Part shown: in pieces, positions 8,288 to 19,213 of the stretch
Layout: each line of letters opens with the position of its first letter
How positions within the stretch are numbered: position 1 is the first letter of the stretch
Assembly (NCBI GenBank): GCA_012521995.1
Contig: JAAYLH010000078.1
Span: forward strand, 5,535 to 69,534
Direction of reading: 5' to 3'
Length of the DNA stretch: 64,000 bases
Source: Bacteroidales bacterium
Lineage (GTDB): Bacteria > Bacteroidota > Bacteroidia > Bacteroidales > UBA7960
The notes under the pieces: model-generated
Told to the model about the DNA's origin: nothing
The model's database searches: none
Seen by the model: only the letters and a program-made list of their open reading frames with translations
Translations under genes and position numbers: made by a program

Positions 8288-11215
8288 ATGACAGAAGGTA
8301 CTGCATTAAAACGTTTAAGTAAAGTTGCAAGGGAATTTAACATTGCCACTACTACCATTGTTGAATTCCTTGGCAAGAAAGGCATTTCCGTCGAGAACAA
8401 TCCCAATACCAAGATCTCGGAGGATGCCTATCAGTTGTTGTTTAAGGAGTTCCAGCAAGAGAAGAAGCTAAAGGAAGCCACCCTTGGCAAGGGATTGGAG
8501 CATGTAGAGCGCAAGACCATCTCGCTGGAGCAGCCCAAAGGTACCCATGAAGCTGAGAAAGAAGGACCAGGTAAGGAAGGAGGAGCCCAGGAGAAGGAAC
8601 TGTTGATCAAGGACAGCAAGCCCACGGCAACGTCTCCTGCAGCCAGGGAAGAGGTGCAACTCCCTGGGCCCAAGGTAGTCGGCAAGGTTGAAGAGAAAAA
8701 AGAAAAGGAAGAAGCACCCAAGGAGGCTGAGGCGGTAAAAGAGGAGCCCAAGGCACCTAAGGAGGTTGCTCCCGTGGAACCCAAGGCACCCGATGCTGAA
8801 GTAGTTGCAGAAACCCCTGCAGAAGAGGAGAAGAAAGAGAATGGCGGCTTGAAGGTGCTCGGAAAGATTGACCTTGAAGAACGCAAGGGGCGGAAGAAAA
8901 AGGAAGTAAAGAAAGAAGAGCCGGCGGCATCAAAGGCTGCAGAAGAGCCAAAAGGGGCAGAGCCCGAAAAGCCCAAAGAGGAAGAACCCGTAGCCAAGGA
9001 AGAACCCAAGGCAGCAGAGGAGAAACCCAAAGAAGAAAAGAAGGAGATCTTTAAGATAGAACGCGCCAAGCTTGCAGGCCCCACCATTCTGGGTACGATG
9101 CAGTTGCCCGAGGAGAAGGAGGGCGGCAAGAAATTGGTGGCCTCATCATCGGATGCCAACAAATCGAAGCGCCGCAAGCGTAAGCGCATCAGCAAGAAAG
9201 AAAAGAGCGGTGAGGTGGATGTCACAGCCACCCATGGCGATAAGGGTGTACGCACTGATGCGGGTAAGCCGCGCAAAGCGCCCCGCCGCGATCATATAAA
9301 ACCTGAAGTATCGGAGGAGGAAATCCAGCGTCAGGTGCGGGAAACCCTGGCAGCCCTGAGCGGCACGGGGGGGAAGTCGAAAGCCTCCAAGCACCGCCGC
9401 ACCAAGCGCGACATCCTTGAGAAGAAGCGTGAGAAGGAAATGGAACGGGAAACTTCAGAAGAATCCGTACTGAAAGTGACGGAATTCATTCCCGCAAGCG
9501 AGCTGGCCAACCTGATGAATGTCAATGTGAACGAGGTCATAGCCACGTGTATGAACCTCGGACTCTTTGTTTCGATCAACCAGCGCCTTGATGCTGAGAC
9601 CATTACCATTGTAGCCAGTGAATTTGGCTTTGATGTGGAATTTGTTAGCCTCGACGAACAAAAGGAATTTGAAGAAGAGGAGGATCGTGAAGAGGATCTT
9701 GTATCACGAGCACCTATCGTTACGGTGATGGGCCACGTTGACCATGGAAAGACTTCATTGCTTGACCGCATCAGGCATACCAACGTGATTGGCGGAGAGG
9801 CAGGGGGTATTACCCAGCACATCGGTGCCTATTCGGTAGTGCTGGATTCAGGAAAGACCATTACTTTCCTGGACACGCCCGGTCACGAAGCCTTTACGGC
9901 GATGCGAGCCCGCGGGGCAAGGATCACCGACGTGGCCATTATTGTGGTGGCGGCTGACGATAACGTGATGCCCCAGACCGTTGAAGCCATCAACCACGCC
10001 CAGGCTGCCAACGTGCCCATTGTCATTGCTGTCAATAAGATCGACAAGCCTGCCGCCAACCCTGAAAAGGTGAAGGAAGAGCTGGCAAAGATCAACGTTC
10101 TGGTGGAAGACTGGGGTGGAAAATATCAGAGCCAGGAGATCTCGGCCAAAGCAGGCACCAATATTGACCTGCTGCTTGAGAAAGTACTGCTGGAAGCTGA
10201 AATGCTGGAGCTGAAAGCAAATCCTGCCCGCAGGGCTTTGGGTACTGTGATTGAATCATCGCTTGACAAAGGCCGCGGATACATTGCCACCCTCCTGATC
10301 CAGAATGGCTCGATGAAGGTTGGCGACATCGTTGTAGCAGGGGTGCATCACGGTAAGGTGAAGGCCATGTTCAATGAACGCGGGCAGCGCATTAAGGAAG
10401 CGGGCCCCGCTTCCCCTGTGCTTATCCTGGGTCTCGATGGCGCGCCCCAGGCAGGGGATACCTTCAACGTGATGGAATCGGAAAGCGAAGCCCGCGCGGT
10501 AACCAATAAACGCCAGCAGATATTTCGCGAACAGGGCTTGCGCACTCAGAAACATATTACCCTGGATGAAATCGGACGACGCATCGCCATTGGCGACTTC
10601 AAGGAACTGAATATCATCGTGAAAGGTGACGTGGATGGCTCGGTGGAGGCCCTTGCCGACTCACTGCTTAAGCTCACCACCGAAGAAGTGCAGGTCAACA
10701 TCATCCACAAGGCCGTCGGTGGTATTACCGAAGGCGACGTGCTGCTGGCCTCCGCCTCCAATGCGGTTATCATCGGATTCCAGGTACGCCCCTCGGCTGC
10801 AGCCCGTAAGCTGGCCGAACAGGAAGAGATCGACATCCGGCTTTACAGCGTCATCTACAATGCCATCAATGAGATCAAGTCGGCCATTGAGGGGATGCTC
10901 TCACCCGAGATTGAAGAAAAGATCACTGCCAACCTGGAGGTCAGGGATGTGTTTAAGATCACCAAGGTGGGTACCGTTGCGGGCTGTATGGTGCTTGACG
11001 GGAAGATCCACCGCAACTCGAACATCCGCCTGATTCGCGATGGCATTGTGGTTTACACAGGTACCCTGGGCTCCCTCAAGCGGTTTAAGGACGACGTGAA
11101 AGAAGTGTCCTCGGGATATGAGTGCGGTCTGAACATTGATCGCTTCAACGACCTGAAAGTCGGCGACATTATCGAGGCCTTCGAAACCATAGAAGTGGCA
11201 AGAAAACTGGAATAA
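8288..11215 (+). CDS. infB: Translation initiation factor IF-2
   Basis: GTPase motifs [24 protein letters not shown] and NKID. Long K/E/P-rich N-terminal low-complexity region, typical of IF-2. Confidence 0.98.
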   Translation: MTEGTALKRLSKVAREFNIATTTIVEFLGKKGISVENNPNTKISEDAYQLLFKEFQQEKKLKEATLGKGLEHVERKTISLEQPKGTHEAEKEGPGKEGGAQEKELLIKDSKPTATSPAAREEVQLPGPKVVGKVEEKKEKEEAPKEAEAVKEEPKAPKEVAPVEPKAPDAEVVAETPAEEEKKENGGLKVLGKIDLEERKGRKKKEVKKEEPAASKAAEEPKGAEPEKPKEEEPVAKEEPKAAEEKPKEEKKEIFKIERAKLAGPTILGTMQLPEEKEGGKKLVASSSDANKSKRRKRKRISKKEKSGEVDVTATHGDKGVRTDAGKPRKAPRRDHIKPEVSEEEIQRQVRETLAALSGTGGKSKASKHRRTKRDILEKKREKEMERETSEESVLKVTEFIPASELANLMNVNVNEVIATCMNLGLFVSINQRLDAETITIVASEFGFDVEFVSLDEQKEFEEEEDREEDLVSRAPIVTVMGHVDHGKTSLLDRIRHTNVIGGEAGGITQHIGAYSVVLDSGKTITFLDTPGHEAFTAMRARGARITDVAIIVVAADDNVMPQTVEAINHAQAANVPIVIAVNKIDKPAANPEKVKEELAKINVLVEDWGGKYQSQEISAKAGTNIDLLLEKVLLEAEMLELKANPARRALGTVIESSLDKGRGYIATLLIQNGSMKVGDIVVAGVHHGKVKAMFNERGQRIKEAGPASPVLILGLDGAPQAGDTFNVMESESEARAVTNKRQQIFREQGLRTQKHITLDEIGRRIAIGDFKELNIIVKGDVDGSVEALADSLLKLTTEEVQVNIIHKAVGGITEGDVLLASASNAVIIGFQVRPSAAARKLAEQEEIDIRLYSVIYNAINEIKSAIEGMLSPEIEEKITANLEVRDVFKITKVGTVAGCMVLDGKIHRNSNIRLIRDGIVVYTGTLGSLKRFKDDVKEVSSGYECGLNIDRFNDLKVGDIIEAFETIEVARKLE

Positions 11216-11228
11216 TAAACAGTTTGCT

Positions 11229-11274
11229 AAAAAACGCGGTTGCCGGTTTGTTACAGGGCTACCGCGTTTTTTTA
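11229..11274 (+). terminator. Rho-independent terminator after infB
   Basis: AAAAACGCGGT (11230-11240) pairs with ACCGCGTTTTT (11261-11271), followed by a T-run. Confidence 0.8.
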
Positions 11275-11318
11275 TGCCTTTTCGGGAAATTATATTTAAA
11301 TTCAACAAAAAATTAACG

Positions 11319-12668
11319 ATGAGCAAGATCAAGATAAGCCTGGCCAACGCCCGGGAATACATCCGTGATAATGAGATAGCGCTGTTCGAATCGGAAGTGG
11401 CCCTTCACCGATCGAATATCTATAAGAAAACCGGCATGGGAAGCGATTTTCTGGGCTGGGTGGACCTGCCAGCGGGGATTGATGAGGCCCAGCTGGAGCG
11501 GATAAAGGGGGATGCCCTTAAAATGCAGGAGCAATCGGAAGTCGTGGTGGTGTGTGGCATCGGGGGCTCCTACCTGGGGGCGCGCGCAGTGATCGACGCC
11601 CTGAGCAATCCTTTTCTGGCCCTTCAGGAAAAGAAATCACGCAAGGCCCCTCTTGTGCTTTATGCAGGTCATCAGCTCGATGAGGATTACATGGTTCACT
11701 TACTTGAGCTGCTCGACGGCAAGGATTATTCCGTCATTGTGATCAGCAAATCGGGCACCACCACTGAGCCCGCCCTTGCTTTCCGGCTGCTGAAGGCCCA
11801 CCTGGAGCAAAAATACGGTGAAGCCCAAGCTGCTGAAAGGATATTTGCCGTTACCGATGGGGCAAAAGGTGCCCTTAAAAAACTGGCTGCCAAAAAAGGC
11901 TATGCCACTTATGTAATCCCTGATGACGTGGGAGGCCGCTTCTCAGTCCTTACTCCCGTTGGGTTGCTGCCCATCGCAGTGGCAGGCATCGACATCGGTC
12001 AATTGGTGGAAGGGGCCCGTGAAATGCAGGCGGAATTAAAGCAGGAAGACAAGATCACAGCAAACCCTGCGGCACTTTATGCGGTGGCCCGCAATATCCT
12101 TTACCGCAAGGGCAAAACCACCGAGATACTGGCAGGATATACCCCTTCGCTTCATTACCTTGTTGAGTGGTGGAAGCAGCTTTTTGGCGAGAGTGAAGGC
12201 AAGGGGCAGAAAGGCATTTTCCCTGCAGGGGTGAGCTTTACCACCGACCTGCATTCGATGGGGCAGTATATTCAGGATGGCTTACGCAATCTGTTTGAAA
12301 CGGTGCTGACGATTGAAAACCCATCAAAGGCCCTTGAAATCCCCGTTGACCCGCAGGATCTGGATGGGCTCAATTTTCTTTCGGGCAAGCGCCTGGGTGA
12401 GGTAAACCGCATGGCCAGCCTGGGCACTATGATGGCCCACGTGGATGGGGGCGTGCCCAACATCGAGATCACCATCCCACAACTGGACGCCTTGAACCTG
12501 GGCGGGCTGATATATTTCTTCGAGATGGCCTGCGCCATCAGCGGTTATATTCTGGAAGTGAACCCCTTTGACCAGCCAGGGGTAGAGGCCTACAAAAAGA
12601 ACATGTTCGCCCTGCTTGAAAAGCCCGGATTCGAAAAGGAAACGGAAGCCATCAGGAAAAGGATGTAG
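11319..12668 (+). CDS. pgi: Glucose-6-phosphate isomerase
   Basis: [22 protein letters not shown] and GESEGKG motifs. ATG 11319 (MSKIKISL) preferred, because the upstream part of the ORF overlaps the infB terminator. Confidence 0.93.
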   Translation: MSKIKISLANAREYIRDNEIALFESEVALHRSNIYKKTGMGSDFLGWVDLPAGIDEAQLERIKGDALKMQEQSEVVVVCGIGGSYLGARAVIDALSNPFLALQEKKSRKAPLVLYAGHQLDEDYMVHLLELLDGKDYSVIVISKSGTTTEPALAFRLLKAHLEQKYGEAQAAERIFAVTDGAKGALKKLAAKKGYATYVIPDDVGGRFSVLTPVGLLPIAVAGIDIGQLVEGAREMQAELKQEDKITANPAALYAVARNILYRKGKTTEILAGYTPSLHYLVEWWKQLFGESEGKGQKGIFPAGVSFTTDLHSMGQYIQDGLRNLFETVLTIENPSKALEIPVDPQDLDGLNFLSGKRLGEVNRMASLGTMMAHVDGGVPNIEITIPQLDALNLGGLIYFFEMACAISGYILEVNPFDQPGVEAYKKNMFALLEKPGFEKETEAIRKRM

Positions 12669-12783
12669 GAAGTGTTGTGGTAGTTGCCAGGGCTGTGTGG
12701 GCTAACCAGCGCCCTGTCGTTGTAGCCGGATGGTCTTCTTTCTGATGCGGTAACCTTTCTGCTTACTGCTTGCTTCCTGCATC

Positions 12784-13362
12784 TTATTTTTTGTTTTTCT
12801 TCAGGAAGCACGCCCTGCACAGGGGCTCATAAGCTTCGGTCTCTCCCAGCACCACGAGTTTCTCGCTGACGATGGTTCGGTTTGAGAACTGTGCCAGGGC
12901 CCCGCATTCCACGCAAATGGCATGCACCTTGGTGATGTATTCAGCCATGGCAAGCAGTGCAGGCATGGGGCCGAAGGGCTTACCCTTAAAATCCATATCG
13001 AGGCCTGCAACGATAACCCGAATGCCCGCGTTGGCCAGCTGACTGCAGACGTTTGGAAGCTCTGCATCAAAAAACTGCGCTTCATCAATGCCTACTACAT
13101 CCACATCATTGGCAAGAAGGATAATATTGGACGATGAAGGCACAGGGGTGGAGCGTATTTCACGCGCATCGTGCGAGACGACTTTTTCCTCGTCATAACG
13201 AATATCGATGGCGGGTTTGAAAATCTCAACCTTCAGGCGGGCAAATTTTGCCCTTTTCAGACGGCGGATAAGCTCCTCGGTCTTGCCCGAGAACATGCTC
13301 CCACAGATCACTTCTATCCAGCCCCTCCTTCGCGTACGATCTATTTCATTTTCAAGAAACAT
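12784..13362 (-). CDS. tdk: Thymidine kinase
   Basis: P-loop [20 protein letters not shown], and a C-terminal zinc ribbon C.ECG...CR.C. Confidence 0.95.
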   Translation of the reverse strand: MFLENEIDRTRRRGWIEVICGSMFSGKTEELIRRLKRAKFARLKVEIFKPAIDIRYDEEKVVSHDAREIRSTPVPSSSNIILLANDVDVVGIDEAQFFDAELPNVCSQLANAGIRVIVAGLDMDFKGKPFGPMPALLAMAEYITKVHAICVECGALAQFSNRTIVSEKLVVLGETEAYEPLCRACFLKKNKK

Positions 13363-13498
13363 GCGGCTTTTTTCTTTTTTCTTTGTTACCTTTATGCGAA
13401 ATTTTCAGCCCGGCAGCCACAAAAATAAACATAAACTTTAGATCATCCCGAATTGATTTTTACCTAAGTTTTTTGTACCACCTTTTCTGTTTTTTCCC

Positions 13499-14431
13499 AT
13501 GCATCAAGAAATTAAAGACCGCATCATTCATTTACTGGAAGAAATTGTCGGACGTGCCCATTCCATTAACCAGCAAGACCACGGCCAGGAAGGCCTGGAG
13601 ATAGATTTGGTGATGGAGGATTTGCGTTCATTGTACCGGCAGTTTGACCTATTGCGCAGGCAGCCTGAGGTTGCCGGGGAAAAGCTTGAGGTTCCCTTAT
13701 CGCAGCCCCTGGCCACAAGCCCTGAACAGGGATTTGCAAACAAGGCCCTGGAGGAAGCATCGGAGGCCGTTGACCCTGAGCCCTCGGAAGAGAGAGAACG
13801 GGGTCCTTACGGGGGACAAGGAGCAGGGCTCAAAGATGAAGCAGAACTCTGCCAGCCCGTTCAGGAAGAAGAGCCTTCCGTAGGAGAAGATAAACTGCCC
13901 GTGCCTGCTGAGGAGATTCAGCCTGAGCCTGAACCGAAAAAAGCCCCCGAGCCCCAGCCTGTGAAGGAAACACCTCCCGAGCCCCCCGCCCGCCCGGTCC
14001 GCGAGAGTGCTCTTAAAGCTCAAGGCTCAAAAGGCAATGGCCCCCGTTCGGTGCTTGATTTGTTTGCCGACCAGAGCCCTTCACCCAGTGTTGGGGATAG
14101 CCTGGCAAAGGAAGACAACACCTTGCATAATCGAATCATTGCCCAGAAAGAAGACCGCAGCATAGGCGCCCGCCTTCAGATGACGCCCATCTCCAGCCTG
14201 AAGGAAGCCATAGGTGTCAACGAAAAGTTCCTGTTCATCAACGAACTCTTTGGCGGCAACATTCAGGTCTATAATGAGACCATCGCACGCCTCAATTCCT
14301 TTAAGGATATGTCCGAGGCCTTCAGTTACCTGAATGAATTAAACGAACTGCTAGGCTGGGATGAGCAGCGCTCTGCACAGACCATTGAGAAATTAGCCAA
14401 TTTTGTACAGCGCAGGTATATGGAGCGCTAA
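13499..14431 (+). CDS. Hypothetical protein with central P/E-rich disordered region
   Basis: Long ORF with coding-like ends (helical N-terminus, C-terminal ...NEKFLFINELFGGN...). The middle is a PEPEPKKAPEPQPVKETPPEPPARP low-complexity stretch. No family recognised. Confidence 0.6.
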   Translation: MHQEIKDRIIHLLEEIVGRAHSINQQDHGQEGLEIDLVMEDLRSLYRQFDLLRRQPEVAGEKLEVPLSQPLATSPEQGFANKALEEASEAVDPEPSEERERGPYGGQGAGLKDEAELCQPVQEEEPSVGEDKLPVPAEEIQPEPEPKKAPEPQPVKETPPEPPARPVRESALKAQGSKGNGPRSVLDLFADQSPSPSVGDSLAKEDNTLHNRIIAQKEDRSIGARLQMTPISSLKEAIGVNEKFLFINELFGGNIQVYNETIARLNSFKDMSEAFSYLNELNELLGWDEQRSAQTIEKLANFVQRRYMER

Positions 14432-14451
14432 GCCTGCAGCACAAGCCCCGC

Positions 14452-15156
14452 ATGTCGAAGCTCTATGTCATACCTACCCCTATTGGTAACCTCGAGGACA
14501 TCACCCTGCGTGCCCTGAGGATAATGGGGGAAGTTGACTTATTGCTTGCCGAGGATACCCGCACCAGCAGCAAGCTTTTGCAGCACTACCAGCTGAAGGT
14601 GCCCATGATGGCTCATCACCAGTTTAACGAGCATAAGACCCTGGCCTCGCTGATAGCAAAGCTGAAGTCGGGGATGACCCTGGGTCTGATCACCGATGCA
14701 GGCACGCCTGCCATTTCCGATCCGGGATTTCTGTTGGTCAGGGAATGCATCCGCGAGGGGGTTGAAGTGGAATGCCTGCCTGGGGCCACTGCCTTTGTGC
14801 CTGCGCTTGTCAATTCGGGTATTCCCAGCGACCGCTTTTGCTTTGAGGGCTTCCTGCCGCAGAAAAGGGGACGCACCACCCGGCTGGCCGCCCTGGCCGG
14901 CGAGTCCCGTACAATGGTGTTTTACGAATCACCCCATCGCCTTGTAAAAACCCTGAAGTCTTTTGCCGGGGTGTTTGGCCCGGAGCGCCAAGCCAGTGTT
15001 TCGCGCGAGTTGAGCAAGATGCACGAGGAAAACGCCCGGGGCACCTTGCAGGAGCTTGCCGAACACTTTGAAAAAGGCACGGTGAAAGGAGAGATCTGCA
15101 TCGTGGTGGCGGGCGCCGATCTCAAAATGAGCTTCGATAAGGAAACGGAGGATTAG
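14452..15156 (+). CDS. rsmI: 16S rRNA (cytidine1402-2'-O)-methyltransferase RsmI
   Basis: [20 protein letters not shown]...AEDTR...ISDPG...YESPHR are tetrapyrrole-methylase-fold RsmI motifs. Confidence 0.92.
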   Translation: MSKLYVIPTPIGNLEDITLRALRIMGEVDLLLAEDTRTSSKLLQHYQLKVPMMAHHQFNEHKTLASLIAKLKSGMTLGLITDAGTPAISDPGFLLVRECIREGVEVECLPGATAFVPALVNSGIPSDRFCFEGFLPQKRGRTTRLAALAGESRTMVFYESPHRLVKTLKSFAGVFGPERQASVSRELSKMHEENARGTLQELAEHFEKGTVKGEICIVVAGADLKMSFDKETED

Positions 15157-16952
15157 TCGTCGAGCTTGAGGACGGCCATAAAGGCCTGTTGGGGTACTTC
15201 CACGTTGCCTATCTGGCGCATGCGCTTTTTCCCTTTTTTCTGTTTTTCAAGCAGTTTTCGTTTTCGCGAAATGTCTCCTCCATAACACTTGGCGGTAACG
15301 TCCTTGCGCAGGGCCTTGACGGTTTCCCTGGCGATGATCTTGGAGCCGATGCCTGCCTGGATAGCAATGTCGAATTGTTGCCTGGGGATCAGTTGCCGCA
15401 GTTTTTCGCAGATGCGCTTCCCGAAATCGTAGGAGTTCTCGCGGTGGATAAGGGCAGACAGGGCATCTACCTGGTCGCCGTTCAGCAGGATATCGAGCTT
15501 GACCAGGTCGGAAGGCTTGTAGCCGCTCGGGTGATAATCGAAAGAGGCATACCCTCTGGAAATGGTCTTCAGGCGGTCGTAAAAGTCGAAGACGATCTCG
15601 GCCAGGGGCATCTCAAAGGTCATCTCCACGCGGTCGGTGGTCAGATAGACCTGGTTTTTCACTACCCCCCGCTTGTCGAGGCACAACGACATCACCGGCC
15701 CGATGAATTCAGATTTGGTAATAATCTGGGCTATGATATAGGGCTCCTCTATATAATCGAGGATATTGCTGTTGGGCAGGTCAGAGGGGTTATTGACGAT
15801 TACCATGTTGCCCTTGGTAGTGTAAGCGTGGTAGGAGACGTTGGGCACCGTGTTGATCACAGTCATATCAAATTCCCGTTCCAGGCGTTCCTGGACGATC
15901 TCCATGTGGAGCATGCCCAGGAAGCCGCATCGGAAACCAAAGCCCAGGGCTGCTGATGACTCGGGTTCAAAGGTCAGCGAGGCATCGTTCAATTGCAGTT
16001 TTTCCATAGCCGTGCGCAGCTCTTCAAAGTCGTCGGTATCAACAGGATAAATGCCTGCAAACACCATGGGCTTTACGTTTTCAAAGCCTTTGACTGCCTC
16101 GGGAGTGGGCCGCTTGATGTGGGTGATGGTGTCGCCCACCTTCACTTCGCGGGCGTCCTTGATGCCCGAGATGATATAACCCACATCGCCGGCCGAAATG
16201 ATGGGCTTGGGGAGTTGCACCAGCTTCAGCACGCCTACCTCATCGGCGTGGTATTCGCGGCGGGTATTCATAAACTTCACATGGTCACCGGACCTGATCT
16301 GGCCGTTGAACACGCGAAAATAGGCAATGACGCCACGGAAAGGATTATACACCGAGTCGAAGATCAGTGCCCTGAGGGGTGCTTCAACGTCCCCCGTAGG
16401 AGCCGGGATACGATTAACGATGGCCTCCAGGATGCTGTCTACCCCTAAGCCGGTCTTGCCGCTGGCGGGGATGATGTCATCGTGGTCGCAGCCCGTAAGG
16501 TCGACGATTTGATCGGCCACCTCTTCAGGCATGGCGCCCGGGAGGTCCATTTTGTTCAGCACAGGGATGATCACCAGGTCGTGCTCAAGGGCAAGGTAGA
16601 GGTTGGAAATTGTCTGCGCTTCAATACCTTGCGAGGCATCCACGATGAGCAGGGCGCCCTCGCAGGCAGCAATTGATCGTGAAACCTCATAGCTGAAGTC
16701 TACGTGCCCGGGGGTGTCGATCAGGTTAAGTTTGTATTCCTGCCCATCCAGCACATAATCCATCTGGATTGCGTGGCTTTTGATGGTAATGCCTCGCTCG
16801 CGCTCAAGATCCATGCTGTCCAGCAACTGGTCCTTAAACTCCCTGTCGCTGATCGTGTTGGTGGTCTGAAGCAGCCTGTCAGCCAGGGTGCTTTTCCCGT
16901 GGTCGATGTGGGCAATGATACAAAAGTTCCTGATGTTTTTCATAGCCTGCAA
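15153..16952 (-). CDS. lepA: Elongation factor 4 (LepA)
   Basis: [30 protein letters not shown] and NKMD. The C-terminal ...[12 protein letters not shown] tail is typical of LepA. 599 aa. Confidence 0.98.
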   Translation of the reverse strand: MQAMKNIRNFCIIAHIDHGKSTLADRLLQTTNTISDREFKDQLLDSMDLERERGITIKSHAIQMDYVLDGQEYKLNLIDTPGHVDFSYEVSRSIAACEGALLIVDASQGIEAQTISNLYLALEHDLVIIPVLNKMDLPGAMPEEVADQIVDLTGCDHDDIIPASGKTGLGVDSILEAIVNRIPAPTGDVEAPLRALIFDSVYNPFRGVIAYFRVFNGQIRSGDHVKFMNTRREYHADEVGVLKLVQLPKPIISAGDVGYIISGIKDAREVKVGDTITHIKRPTPEAVKGFENVKPMVFAGIYPVDTDDFEELRTAMEKLQLNDASLTFEPESSAALGFGFRCGFLGMLHMEIVQERLEREFDMTVINTVPNVSYHAYTTKGNMVIVNNPSDLPNSNILDYIEEPYIIAQIITKSEFIGPVMSLCLDKRGVVKNQVYLTTDRVEMTFEMPLAEIVFDFYDRLKTISRGYASFDYHPSGYKPSDLVKLDILLNGDQVDALSALIHRENSYDFGKRICEKLRQLIPRQQFDIAIQAGIGSKIIARETVKALRKDVTAKCYGGDISRKRKLLEKQKKGKKRMRQIGNVEVPQQAFMAVLKLDD

Positions 16953-17075
16953 AATTACAATTAAAAAACCATATTTTTTTTAATTTTGAAGATTGCACTT
17001 TGCATAAAATAAAAGGCCTGTCTTAACCGTATTTATCTAGTAATAGCAGCATTAAGAAATATTGCTGCAAACAAA

Positions 17076-19142
17076 ATGTTCTTCATGACACCATTCCGAT
17101 TCATCCTGCTAAGCGTTTTTGTCCTGATCAGCCTGGGCGCATTTTCTCAAGTGACCTATCCCATCAATGATTATGACGGTCAGACTATCGAAACCTGCAC
17201 CGGTATTTTTTCCGACAGCGGCGGCAGTTTCCAGATGCCCTACGGTCCCAACGAAGATTACAGTGTGACCTTCTGCAGCAGCGATGACCAGCGCCCGGTG
17301 CTGGATGTCTTTTTTGAGTATTTCAAGCTTGCCCAGGGCGATGTCCTGTTCGTGTATGACGGGGCTGATGATTCTGCGCCCCTGCTCTGGGAAGCCACAG
17401 CCACCGACTTGCAGGGCAAACACGTCTATGCTTCTTCGGGCTGCCTGCATTTCCGTTTTGTCTCTTCCCCTACTGATCAGGATAATGGATGGGTAGCCTC
17501 CATGCAGTGCCTTAGTGTGTGTGAAACGTTTCAGCTTGGCATTACCCCCCAGGGTGACACTTTTGAGTTTTGCCCCGAAACGGGCGACATCACCCTCCAG
17601 GGATCAGCATATTATCTGCCCGAAAACCTCAACGTCAACCCCGCCCAGTTTAGCTATCAGTGGTTGATTGACGGCACTTCCTACAGCGGCAGCCAGGTGA
17701 CACACTCCTTTTTCGATCCTGGCGCCTATTCCGTTGCCCTCCAGGTTAACGATCCCGTCTTAGGCTGTGAAGCCTCCCTGACCGAAGTGATTAAACTGGG
17801 CACCTACCCCAGCTTTGAAGGTACTATGGCCACAGTCGACACGGCCTGTTCGGGCGAGACCTTCTCCTTGCTGGGTATCGCTACACCCACAATCTGGACA
17901 GGCTTCCCCACAGAAGTGGTCGAGACCGTCCCCATCCCCGATGGTACAGGCGAAATTTATGAGTCATCGCTGGTTTTCGATATTTTTGAAGACGAGGATG
18001 TGATCCTTTCGGCAATGGACATTGACAGGGTTTGCCTGAACATTGAGCATGCCGTCAATGGGCAGTTGCAGTTTGAGCTGGAGTGCCCAAGCGGCAACAG
18101 GATCGTCCTGAAGGACTACGGCTCGGGCACCTCCAACCTGGGTGAGCCCGTGATCTGGGACCAGGTGACTCCCGGCCAGGGATACCAGTACTGTTTCTCA
18201 AACGATGCTGCTTATGGCACCATGGCTCAAACCGCTCCACAGTTTCACGAATATACCGATCAGGCCGGCAACTATTACTTCAATGCCGCCTACCTGCCCG
18301 CAGGCTCCTATACGCCCGACGATAACTTCAATGCCCTTACGGGATGCCCCCTCAACGGGACCTGGACCATGAGGGTGAAAGACCAAGTGCCCGGCGACGA
18401 TGGCTTTATGTTCCGCTGGAGCCTTTATTTCAGGGAAGACTTCTATCCCGATTCACTCATTTTCTTCCCCGAGATCACCCAGCGCCGCTGGTATCAGAAC
18501 GATACCCCCTTGCAGGGCAACCCTGTGGCCGTTTCTGTTGAAGAGCCGGGCAACCACACCTTCCGTTTTGAAGCCACCGATTCTTTTGGCTGTCTTTACG
18601 ATACCACCCTCACGGTGTATATCCGTCCCCTGCCCGAAGCGGAAATCCTTTCCGAGTTTGAACTGCCTGTTTGCGAGGGCGATTCCACCCTGCTTACCGT
18701 TTCGCCCATCAACAACCTCAGCCCTGCCTGGTCTTACCAATGGTCGTTCAACACCGTGGAGATCCCGGGGGCCATATACGATACCCTGATGGCAAAAACC
18801 CCGGGCACTTATTCAATACAGGTTACCGACGGCGAAACAGGCTGCTTTGACTTCTTTACCCTCGACGTGACCCAGCAAAACTGCGACCTGACAATCCCCA
18901 ACGTCTTCACCCCCAATGGCGACGGGGTCAATGACTTTTTTGAGATCCTCAACCTGGAGTATTACCAGGCGGAGATGGTAATCTTCAACCGCTGGGGCAA
19001 AAAGGTTTTCGAACATTCGGATTACTTCAACAACTGGTGGGATGGTCAAGGCGCCCCCGAGGGGACCTATTTCTACATCCTTACCTATACCCGCGGCGAG
19101 GAACGCCGTATGACCGAAGGGGTTGTTACAATCGTTCGCTGA
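17076..19142 (+). CDS. T9SS cargo protein: signal peptide, CUB-like and proprotein-convertase P-domain-like modules, T9SS type-B (gliding-motility C-terminal) sorting domain
   Basis: Signal peptide. VCLNIEHAVNGQLQFELECPSGNRIVL...GTWTMRVKD...RWSL resembles a P/Homo-B domain. The C-terminal IPNVFTPNGDGVNDFF...GTYFYIL is the type-B sorting domain. Confidence 0.85.
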   Translation: MFFMTPFRFILLSVFVLISLGAFSQVTYPINDYDGQTIETCTGIFSDSGGSFQMPYGPNEDYSVTFCSSDDQRPVLDVFFEYFKLAQGDVLFVYDGADDSAPLLWEATATDLQGKHVYASSGCLHFRFVSSPTDQDNGWVASMQCLSVCETFQLGITPQGDTFEFCPETGDITLQGSAYYLPENLNVNPAQFSYQWLIDGTSYSGSQVTHSFFDPGAYSVALQVNDPVLGCEASLTEVIKLGTYPSFEGTMATVDTACSGETFSLLGIATPTIWTGFPTEVVETVPIPDGTGEIYESSLVFDIFEDEDVILSAMDIDRVCLNIEHAVNGQLQFELECPSGNRIVLKDYGSGTSNLGEPVIWDQVTPGQGYQYCFSNDAAYGTMAQTAPQFHEYTDQAGNYYFNAAYLPAGSYTPDDNFNALTGCPLNGTWTMRVKDQVPGDDGFMFRWSLYFREDFYPDSLIFFPEITQRRWYQNDTPLQGNPVAVSVEEPGNHTFRFEATDSFGCLYDTTLTVYIRPLPEAEILSEFELPVCEGDSTLLTVSPINNLSPAWSYQWSFNTVEIPGAIYDTLMAKTPGTYSIQVTDGETGCFDFFTLDVTQQNCDLTIPNVFTPNGDGVNDFFEILNLEYYQAEMVIFNRWGKKVFEHSDYFNNWWDGQGAPEGTYFYILTYTRGEERRMTEGVVTIVR

Positions 19143-19213
19143 CAAAACGGCGTGATTTTTTCTCCCTTCACGCCTGACAATTTGCGGGTTTTTTTGTTGT
19201 ATTGATATTAGGC

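Noticed and set aside
6934-8412. 492-aa minus-strand ORF spanning nusA and the start of infB. Similar cases: 8431..9276, 15189..15956, 20501..21421, 35829..36602, 47986..48933 and 59452..59961.
   Set aside because: All are antisense to genes with unambiguous housekeeping signatures, and they cross intergenic boundaries or have implausible composition.
8560-9300. Repetitive K/E/P/A-rich coding repeats (EEPKA, KEEPK) in infB as a possible novel repeat or insertion
   Set aside because: A low-complexity charged N-terminal region is a normal, variable feature of bacterial IF-2, and the frame is continuous.
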